A stretch of 64,000 nucleotides of DNA. Origin: Octopus sinensis. Lineage: Eukaryota. Positions 53,750 through 64,000 of this stretch are shown piece after piece. The translations under genes were made by a program, and so were the position numbers. Numbering within the stretch: the stretch's first letter is position 1; every line of letters starts with the position of its first letter. The stretch is from NCBI RefSeq assembly GCF_006345805.1, contig NC_043013.1, positions 38,750,001 through 38,814,000 on the forward strand. The letters are read 5' to 3'. Below the pieces are notes generated by a model. That model did no database searches. It had not been told where the DNA came from and worked only from the letters and a program-made list of their open reading frames with translations.

Positions 53750-53881
53750 TAGGATTTTGTTCCACCAGGTTTTGCAGGACGTCCTCGTCAAGCTATACAG
53801 ATCTTCCAGGACGAGGCTCGTCTTCTAGGCCGTAGTTCCAGCTCAGAATTTCTGGAACCATTGTTGACACTTGCTTACACT
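53750..53881 (-). other. ~130 bp mariner-derived templated insertion, arm B only
   Basis: Reverse complement of 51420-51550 with ~5 mismatches. Replaces ~7 nt of the arm A sequence at ~24210-24220. Confidence 0.85.
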
Positions 53882-55351
53882 GTTTTGGCAAGGCTTTTAC
53901 AGCTGGATGCTCTTCCCAACACCAACCACTTTACAGAGTGGACTGGGTGCTTTTTACACGGCCCAGCACCAGCAAGGTCTGTTTTGGCATGGTTTTCATG
54001 ACTGGATGCTCTTCCTAATGCCAACCGCTTAACAGTGTGGACTAAGTGCATTGTTTTCAGTTAATCATATATTATTTTGTAGCATCAAGGTTTCTATGAT
54101 GCGATTGTTTATTTTTTAAGAATTATGTAGGGTATGTGTGAGAGGCTGTACCTGGCCCACTAGAACATCAAACATGTAGGTAGAATATTTTCGCCAGATA
54201 TGGCTTGTTTGAATGCTAAAGGGTTAAAGAAGATTATACTGCTATTTCTAGTGGATCAAGGAATTATATGTAAAATCCCTTGTTAAGTTTTGCTCATTGA
54301 AGCTCTCTGTATGTCTCTGGAAGGGGACCTTGTAAGGTGATGAAATATTTAGTATTACAGTGTTTTTTGCTTATGTCACTGGAACATTCCACCTTGCAAT
54401 ACCGATTTACATCTTGGTGGAATGGCCAGTTTGAGACTTTGGCACTTTTGCCAAGGATATAGTTTAGCCCCAAAGGTATTAAATAAAATCAGGTTCTGAC
54501 TCTTCAGCTGGTGGACCAATACCTTTGCAACATGACCGGCTGCTAATGTCAAGAACGAAATATTTTATTTATATATATATATATACACATGCACATAGGT
54601 GCAGGAGTGGCTGATCAACTGTCAGCTCCACCATGGCCACCACACATATACTTCATCATCATCATCATCGTTTAACGTCCGTTCTCCATGCTAGCATGGG
54701 TTGGACAGTTCGACCGGGGATCTGGAAAGCCAGAAGGCTGCACCAGGCTCCGGTCTTATCTGGCAATGTTTCTACAGCTGGATGCCCTTCCTAACGCCAA
54801 CCACTCTATGAGTGTAGTGGGTGCTTTTTACGTGCCACATGCACTGGTGCCAGGCGAGGCTGGCATCGGCCACGGTCAGATTGGTGCATTTTATGTGCCA
54901 CCGACACGGAAGCCAGTCGAGGCGGCGCTGGCATCGGCCACGATTCGGATAGTGCTTTTTACGTATCTCCAGTCCAGGGGTCCTGGCATCTGCCGGGTGC
55001 CAAGAATTAAGTACTCTGTGTATGTAATAGAGTTTATTTGTATTCATATTTATTTAAAACTGTTAATTCACTTTGTAGTTGCTCATAGTTCCTCAAAGCT
55101 TGTGATCCTTCATCCAACAAAAATGAGTCATTTAATCACCTGATTGATCATGTGATCGTATCGTTTTGATTGACATATTTCCATTTCACTTCCTCTTCTC
55201 ACTTTGCCTAGTCATAAAAACTTCTTCAGCAATAAGGGTAACATTCTGTTAACTAAACTCCCTAATATTTATGACAATTACAAAACAACTAACAACGTAA
55301 CTCACCTAGCTTTAAAAAAAGTGATTTCCATTTACAAATTGTTGATTTCAG

Positions 55352-55420
55352 GTGCAACGCCTTGATGCCAATGTCTTGAGACTTCTCTCTGATTATGGGC
55401 CCAAGTGTAAACAAAAGAAG
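55352..55420 (+). CDS. FAM92: FAM92-like copy B exon 4 (expression status unknown)
   Basis: Identical to copy A exon 4; splice sites intact. Confidence 0.85.
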
Positions 55421-58400
55421 GTAAGCTGTTCCCTAACTCCAATAAGCATCTCTGCACCCAAATCATTCCCTTTCTCTAATCATCTGTCACGCTATTCTCA
55501 CTCTAGCAAACTTACCAACCCGTTCACTTTTTCTGTTCCTCTGTTTCTCTATCCTATTCGTCTTCATATTTACTTTGTACCTTGACCTCACATCCCTGTC
55601 TGTCTGGCTGTCCATCTGTCTGTCTATGTCTCTCTTTCTCTCTCTTGTCAGCTACACACACCTGCTCCTGTCCCACTATCTTTCTCATCCCTGAATTCTA
55701 TACTCTTACTTAGTTGAGGGTTCTTGTCTTGTAAGTACTTAGTGGCCACACCAGTGCTGGTGCTACAAAAAAAGAAAAAAAGCACCTTGTACACATTGTG
55801 AAGTGGTTGATATTGGAACACAGCACAGCCCTCTAGCTCATCTGCTCATGTTGAACTGTTCAACCCATTCCAGCATGGAAAAAGGTGATGAGCTGACAGA
55901 ATCATTAGTGTGCTGTCTGCTGGCGGTGAGCTGGCAGAATCGTTAGCATGCCAGGCGAAATGCTTAGCGGTATTTCGTCTGCCGTTATGTTCCGAGTTCA
56001 AATTCCGCCCAGGTAGACTTTGCCTTTCATCCTTTCAGGGTCGACTAAATAAGTACCAGTTACGCACTGGTGTCGATATAATCGACTTAATCCGTTTGTC
56101 TGTCCTTGTTTGTCCTCTCTGTGTGTAGCTCCTTGTGGGCAGTAAAGAAATAAGAATCATTAGTGTGCTAGACAAAATGTTTAGCAGTATTTCTTCTAGC
56201 TCTTTACAATCTGGAGTTCAAATTCCATCCAGGTCAACTTTACCTTTCGTCCTTTTGGGGTCAGAAAAAATTAAGTATCTGTCAAGTACTGGGGTCAGTG
56301 TAATTGACTCAGCCTTAAATAATATTGAAGACAATGAATATGATTGAATTTGTTCTTAATTAGAAACAGTCTTTATTCTTCTTTTATTCTTTTATTTGTT
56401 TGAGTCATTTGACTGTGGCCATGCTGAGGCACCGCCTTTATTTGGGCAAATCGACCCCAGGACTTATTCTTTGTAAGCCTAGTACTTATTCTATTGGCCT
56501 CAAGTGAAGCAATTATATTCTGACAGGTCCATAGCAATATAGAATATCATTACTTTGGTTGTCCTGCTAAAAACCAAAGTAATATTCTAACTGGTTACCC
56601 CTTTTTTTATCGTTTCATTTGTCTGCTTTCTCTTTACAGATTTTTGGCTTATGCCAGTGTCGTGTAACTGACCCTTCAATCATCAGGCAATATGCTGTGC
56701 ATGAAAAGATCTGTTGACTCAAGTTAAATTGTCATGGCTGATGCCATTACTCCCTGACTAGTACCTGTGCCGGTGGCATGTAAAAAGCACCATTTGTGTG
56801 TGGTTAATACCACTGCTTCCTGACTGACTCCTGTTCTGGTCGCATATAAAAAGCACCATTTGAGTGTGGTCAATGCCAGTGTTGCCTGAGTGGCTCCCAT
56901 GCAAATGGCACATAAAATACACCATTTGAGTGTGGTTGATGCCAGTGCCACCTGACTGGCCCTCATGCCAGTGGCATGTAAAAAGCACCCTCTACACTCT
57001 CAGAGTGGTTGGTGTTAGGAAGGGCATCCAGCTGTAGAAACCTTGCCAGATCAGACTGGAGCCTGGTGCAGCTTCCTGGCTTGACAGTTATCAGTCAAGC
57101 TGTCCAACCCATGCCAGCATGGAAAGCAGACGTTAATATAATGCCCTGATAAGTTGAATTTAACATTGTCATCTTTTTATTAATGCAAGTGTTCATTAAA
57201 TACAAAGGGGTTCTGAAAAGTTCCTGGTTTGGGGTAGAAGAAAATAGAGGAGGGTCAGTTAATTATGATTTCATTCAACATATTCACACACTTATTGCAG
57301 CGGTCCTTCAATTTTTCTAAGCCCTGTAAAAAACCTCGGAACACCCTTAAAGCCAGGAACTTTCCAGCACCCCCTTGTATAATTCACTCATTGCCAAGCC
57401 TCTTTTGCATTTCACTTATGTATGTGTTCATTCATATTTGCTGGTGTGATGATTATGATTGAACCCTTCCTACCCTGTGGAGAATAGGCCATTGACAACT
57501 TTCCACTGCTGTTCTTGATTTGAGTCTGTCTTTTCTGCTTCTGGTCAGTTGGATCCCTGCTTTTTCCATGCAGCTTCATTTCAGATTTTGTTGCCCTATG
57601 TCATATGTTTCCCAGAAGGAAGACCTTCCTGTCCCAAGTTGTGTTAGTTTTGAATTATCATCAATGCATGTGACTTTGCTTTCTTTTCTAGGTAAAGGTG
57701 TTGGTCTTACATGAACCCATTTTCACCTCTGGGAAGAGGTGTTCCATATTACTCTTGTCTCTATCCTTTGACCTGTCCAGCATGGGAAGCCCTATGAGGC
57801 TTGCATTCGGCTAGCATACTTCTCAAGTATGAGGCTTAGTGGTTAAGGTGTTGGATTCATGATTGTAAGATTGTTGTTTCGATTCCTGGACCGGGCAACA
57901 TGTTGTGTTCTTGAGCAAAACACTTCATTTCATATTGCTCCTATCCACTCAGCTGGCGAAAATGAATAATCATACGATTGACCAACGTCCCATCCAGGTG
58001 GGGAATTTAAACGCCATGAAACTGAGAATCTGGCCCTTATGAGTTGACATGACTTGAGAAAGTGGCAGTGGCATCAACCATACTCAAATGGTGCCTTTTA
58101 CATGCCACCGGTGCAGGTGCTAGTCAGGTGGTGCAAGCCCCCACACTGCAATAAGGATTGATCTGTGTGACTATTCATGTTTGTTAATGTAACTGTTCAT
58201 TAAATACACTAGCAAAAAATGAATGTGCAAGTAATTAATATCTACCAGTCATTAATTTAATTGCTTGATCGGCTGGCCTCTTTCTCATCTTACCTGTATT
58301 TATTCACTCATTTTCATTAATGTAAGCATTCATTAAATGTAGCACTTTAACTGGCCAGTCTCTTTCTTATCTCTGATGTCTGTCTGTCTGTTAATTTTTA

Positions 58401-59267
58401 TTCATGTCAAACCCTCATTAATTAAACAGCTTGATTGGCTTGGTTCTGTCTCATCTCTCTTACATGTGTTTATGTATTTTTGTTAACGTATTCGTTAAAT
58501 GTAATACGTTAATTGGCTGGTCACATTTTCATCTTTCCATATCTGTTCTTCAATTACATTAATGCAAAGCAATTGTTAATCATCAATAGCCTGATTGATT
58601 GGCTTCTCATCTAATTAGTGTATCCTTTTACTCATTTTCATCAACTTAAGTGTCCACTTAATGCAGAGGTCAGCAGATAAATTATGTCATTGATCTCTTT
58701 ATGGCAATGTTGATAACTTACTGACCTCCAGCATATAACATTGAATTTCTCTTTTGAAGGTAAAATTATGCTTCCCCTGTGCTTGTGACATGTAAAAAGC
58801 ATTCTGTTCACTCTGTTGGGTGGTTGGTGTTAGGAAGGGCATCCAGCTGTAAAAACCATGCCAAAACAGACACAGAAGTTTGGTCAGCTCCTGTCAAACT
58901 GTCCACTCCATGCCAACATGGAAGGCCGGCAGTTAAACAATGAGGATAATGATGATGATGATGAATTAATAAAATATTTCTTGATTTAAAAACAATAATT
59001 TCTTTGTCCTTTTGTGTCGTTACCACTTTTCGATAAGAACTATTTAACGAAATTTAATGAAAATACTGAATAGATACTCCTATGTGTAGGCATAGGAGTG
59101 ACTATGGGGTAAGTAGCTTGCTTACCAACCACATGGTTCCGGGTTCAGTCCCACTGTGTGGCACCTTTGGCAAGTGTCTTCCACTATAGCCTCAAGCCTA
59201 CAAAAGCCTTGTGAGTGGATTTTGATAGACAAAAATTGAAAGAAGCATATCATATATATGTGTACAT

Positions 59268-59333
<66 letters not shown>

Positions 59334-61393
59334 TTGTGTGTCTATGTGTGTCCCCTCAACATCACTTGACAACTGATGCTGGTGTGTTTACGTCTCCGTA
59401 ACTTAGTGGTTCGGCGAAAGAGGCCGATAGAATAAGTATTAGGCTTACAAAGAATAAGTCCTGAGATCGATATGCTCAACTAAAAGGCGGTGCTCCAGCA
59501 GGGCCACAGTCAAATGACTGAAACAAGTAAAAGAATAAAATTGATAAAGAACAATAAAATTTCAGTCATATATTATTGTTATGTTCTTTTATTCTTTTAC
59601 TAGTGTCAGTAATTTGACTGTGGCCATGCTGGAGCACCTCCTTAAAGGGTTTTAGTCAAACAAATTGACCACGGGAGTTATTTTTTAAGCTTAGTACTTA
59701 TTCTAGCGGATACTTTTTGGTGAACTGCTAAGTTATTGATGTGTAAACATATCAACACCTGTTGTCACATGGTGATGAGGTACAAACAAAGACACACACA
59801 CACAGACACATTTGATGGGCTTCTTTCAGTTTCTGTCTATCAAATCCATTCACAAGGCTTTGGGCATCCCGAGGCTGTAGTAGAAGACACTTGCCCAAGG
59901 TGTCACGCAGTGGGACTGAACCCAGAGCCATGCGGCTGGGAAGCTAGCTTCTTACCACACAGCCATTGGAACATTTCATGTGAAGTATGCCTTTAGTTAG
60001 TACTAGTTATTGAATCCATATTTGACCTGGAAAATAGTTTCTGCATTTGTCCAGAGTTAGTTTGCTAATAATTCAGCACCCTAAATGCTCAAAATCATTT
60101 TAGGTGTTTATTGATCCCTTGGATATCTCATAGGCTGCCTAGGGGTTCAGTACAAGCCACTTTGCTGATCCTTGCTTTAACCTTTTAACATTCAGATTGC
60201 TCTGTCAAAGGTAATGTTTATTTAGTCATATTATTTTGAATTAATCATGCATTATCTTGTAGCTTTGAGATTTTGAATATGTGATTGTTTATTTTTAGAA
60301 TGACATTGTTGGGTAAGTCTGAGAGGCTAGATCTGGCTACTTTGAGCATAAAATAGGTAGAGTATTTGGACCAGATATGTTAAAGGGATAATGTATTTAC
60401 TCTCTGGTTGGCAGGCTCCTTTCTCATTTCTTGATAAATTTCAAAATAATTTTGAAATTATTCATGTTTTTTTATTTATTTACTAAACTGAATATTTAGT
60501 ATTTCACGGAATTAAACATATTGGGTTATTTCTGAAAACATTATCGAAAAAGTCTTAAAGCGTAGCCTGTGTTGTGTCTGTATGGAAAAATAGTTGCTCA
60601 TCTGCTACTCATTGAAAAATGAACGAAATTGGAATATGGTGATTACTTAAGGCATTTTATATATACACTTTATATACTTTATGCCCAATTTTATAGACTT
60701 AATACACAGCACTTGTAAAATAAATGTTCACTCTTATTTTTCTATTTTTCCCTTAAACAAAAAAGAAATATCTTTTACATATGATACAACCTTTAGTTAA
60801 ATTGCATATATCTGCCATGTAAATAAGTGTGAATATTTCATGGAATTGCACTTGTGCGCATGTGTTAAGTGATTGGTGATTTAAAAAACTTAGTTCAATT
60901 AAAAAAAATACTATCCAATCATCATTACCACCTCCATCATCTCTCTCTCCTTCTCTCCCTCTCTCTCTCTCTCTCTCTCCCCCTCTCTGTCTGCTTTTCT
61001 TTAACCTCATCATCAGAACATCACCCCTCTGCTAAAATTATATTTTTAACTCTCCTCCTCTATACCATCACTACTTTCAACTAACTTTTTTAAGCACGTG
61101 ATGAATATTACATTCCCCCTACCTCTTGTTATGGATGCTTCTCTCTCCCTCTTTCTGTCTCACACTTTGCCTTATCCTCTTTTTCTTTCTCGTTTTCCTT
61201 TCTCTTCTCTTTTCCTTTAAATAATCATGTGAAAGTTTTACAATTACCTTCCCTCTGCCTCACAACTCCCTCCCTCTTTTCTTTCTCTTTTTCTCTAATC
61301 ATATGAAAGTGTTACTGATGGACTAAGTAACACACTGACAAGCAGAATTATCATAAGATTTATTTTTTACCTTTTATCCTCTCTTAATTGCAG

Positions 61394-61495
61394 AATGAAT
61401 TAAAGACTTCATTCGCAGCTCAAGAGCGTGAAGGAAAGAAAAGACAAGAGATGAACAAATTACTCCTTCGATGTCCCACCAATCAACATCAGATT
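61394..61495 (+). CDS. FAM92: FAM92-like copy B exon 5 (one change versus A: AGT Ser to TGT Cys)
   Basis: Same acceptor and gtatcctct donor as copy A; single substitution at 61472. Confidence 0.83.
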
Positions 61496-61929
61496 GTATC
61501 CTCTAAGGCAATGATATAAATTATATTCATCTTTTTTTTTATTTGATTATTTCATATTTTCTAATTTATCATTTTTAATTTCATTCAATTTTTTTTATTC
61601 AATTATTTGTTTATTATTTTTATTTAATTATTTATCATTTCCTGCATGAGGCATGAGTTGGGGTGGGTGGGGATATCTTTATTCTATTATTATTATTGTG
61701 ATTTTTTTGTTGTGTCTTGGGAGAGTCATAGCACCAATAACACACACACGGGTTCAATTCCGCTTCTTTATTATTGTTAGTCAATTAATTAAATATCTAA
61801 CTGATTAGTTGATTGTTTTTTTAACTTGTTAGTTAAACATACAATTGTTATTATTATTATTATTATTATTGCTATTATTGCTATCATTATTATTATTATT
61901 ATTTTTATTATTATTCTTTCTTTCATTAT

Positions 61930-64000
61930 TATTATTATTCTTTCTTTCAAAGCTGACGGACGTGTCTCCAGAAGCAGCGTAAGTTTTGCACCATTTGTAT
62001 TGGAAATTTCTTTAAAAGTCTAAATATTTTTGAATATTTTTGTAGCCAAGCCAACTAACTTCTTGCGGAGCAAGTTGGCTAGGCAAAATTTTACCCCATT
62101 GGGGTAAAATTACGTTTTGAATTTTTGAACATTGTAAAATTTACAAATACATTTTTTAAAAAATGGCTATGAAGCGAACAGTCGGCTGTTCCCCTTCTCT
62201 CGACTCCATACCCTCCGCAAACACACACATTGTCACAAAAACACCCACTTCACGCCATAAAAGGCAACAAAGATCCTCCTTCCGAACCGGAGAGCACGCG
62301 CTCCGTTCGAAAAGAGAATACAAATCAGGACATCACGTTCGATGTCAGTCTCGATTTCCCCCCTCTGCCTTCAACCAGTGCTATGGTACCGAAGGAGGAG
62401 GAAGGAAAAACCATTACCAACATTAACACAAACATGAACACAGATAAAAGTGAAAAAACTTCCAACGGTTTTGCTTCTGCTGCGAAGCAAATTTCGGACG
62501 AAGTAAAGATCACATTACACGATATCAAAAAGGCGAAGGAGTTATTGAGGAAAGATGGCAATAGTATCTTCCTCAATACTCCACAAGAAGTAATTGACGA
62601 AACCAATAAAAAAACAATTACATACAAAATTTTCGACAAGAAACTTTAAAAAATGACAAACGCCACACCCCAACAGTTGGAAATAGCTCTAAAGCCCATT
62701 TGGGGCCAAAAGAGCTACGTCACCAAGGGGAAGCATTTCGGAACCGTAGAGGTTCGTTTTCGAACGGAAGAAGAAGCAAGGGAGCACTCCATTTCGCACT
62801 TGCAAACAGAAACTTTGTTACTTATTCCAACCCACCTCGGGCGAAGGGCAACAAAAATAAAAATTGATCTCGTCCCCCCTGAACTCGATATGTCATGGCT
62901 GGTGGCAGCTGTCCTCTATGACATAGAGGACACTACAACTATTCTGGATGTCAGGAGAGTCAGGGAAAAAACTGGTTAGGGATGGGAGTGCTGCTTCTTG
63001 CTCAGATTCAGCAAGAGAATATGAACAAGATCCCAGATTTCGTCAATTTGCCGGACGGCACCAGGCTACACGTTACTGTGGAGGGGCAAAAGCCAAAATG
63101 TTTCCTCTGCAGCAGCGAAAGCCACCTTAAAAGTGACTGACCCATTCAGAAGAAAAGAATGGAGGCAAACAGCAAGAGGCAGCAACAACAACAACAACAG
63201 AAACAGCACGAAACACCAAAGGCTGCCACACCACCAACACCACCACCACCACCAAGACGAACGACACCACCTCCAACAACAACAACCACCAAACCAACAC
63301 CAACCCCAGCACCGAGAAAATCAACAACAACAAAAAAGGAAAAGAAAACTCACCGACACAGTCACCATCAACAACAGAAACAGCAACACCACCAATACCA
63401 AAAGAACCAACAGAAATCTTTCGCCCTGCTGCTGAAGCAGATCCAATAACTATTCCTTTGCCGGATGAAGAGTACTCGGATTGTGCGAGCTCTGATTCCA
63501 ACAAAGGAGAATGGAACATGGTGCCTCCAAGAAAGAAAAGGAGGAGAAAACAAAAAGACACACAGGGGAAGCACGAACAAATAGTGCTTCCCAACATCAA
63601 CAACAACAACAACAACACACACTCACAACAACAAACAACAACAACACTTTCGACACCACTACTGCCACTGCCACACACACAAACACACACACACACACAC
63701 ACAATTACATCAATAAACACAAAAAACCAGAAACTAGTGGAGTACTTAAAAGACAAAACTAATACAAATATAACAGATTTCGTTATACCAAGGCATAACA
63801 CACCACCAGCACACATTCTCACAATAAAAATGAATACAAAAATATATAACGAAATAAAACAAATATTCTCTAACGATGTCGGATTGCTAGGGAAAAGTTC
63901 CTCCAAGAAACTTTACAAAAATATTGTGGAAGCATCCGTGAAAAAGCACAAGGGAGCCACCCCCACCACCAACAACAGTAAGTAGAGCCTTTTTTCTCCT
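61930..64000 (+). mobile_element. 5' portion of a non-LTR retrotransposon (L1/Tx1-like ORF1 with zinc knuckle), disabled; runs off the window
   Basis: 62230-62649 and 62653-62979 share a frame across one TAA. After a frameshift in the A-run at ~62965 it reads ...TRLHVTVEGQKPKCFLCSSESHLKSD*, i.e. CX2CX4HX4 with the last Cys replaced by TGA (63138-63140). A low-complexity Q/P/T tail follows. Confidence 0.8.

Larger units (their letters stand above)
47501..61860. repeat. Arm B of the inverted segmental duplication
   Basis: Reverse complement of arm A apart from the listed indels. Inner end lies in a SINE, outer end in an (ATT)n tract. Confidence 0.95.

Noticed and set aside
63127-63906. 259-aa minus-strand hydrophobic ORF
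   Set aside because: Antisense shadow of the A/C-rich low-complexity tail of the LINE ORF1.

Overview
AT-rich, repeat-dense animal genomic DNA. The SINE, microsatellite and transposon content points to an octopus-like cephalopod (inference). The ORF track misses the one recognisable host gene, a FAM92/CIBAR-family ciliary BAR-domain gene. I assembled its exons by hand from splice sites: five exons on the minus strand (34780 to 15706; 148 aa in frame, MNRSGAEITSSPFTSKFVQDRLAHVEKNFGDL...QDYRQAEVQRLDANV...NQHQI). The dominant structure is a large inverted duplication: arm A ~15330-32628 and arm B ~47501-61860, around a ~15 kb spacer. Arm B holds a near-identical second set of exons 2-5 on the plus strand, but the only start exon lies in the spacer and points into arm A. 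The arms differ by private events: a 1.7 kb Tc1 and a ~0.48 kb hammerhead-bearing Penelope-like insert in A only; a ~1 kb deletion and a ~130 bp mariner-derived insert in B only. Other content: four Tc1/mariner lineages (DD34E, DD34D, DD37D, DD41D), a Helitron-like element carrying a LINE ORF1 fragment, R4/NeSL-type and CR1 LINE remnants, the 5' part of a zinc-knuckle LINE at the right edge, many tRNA-derived SINEs, MITEs, long palindromes and microsatellites. Sequence alone cannot settle whether the duplication is real or two haplotypes mis-joined in the assembly. All identity figures are by-eye estimates.
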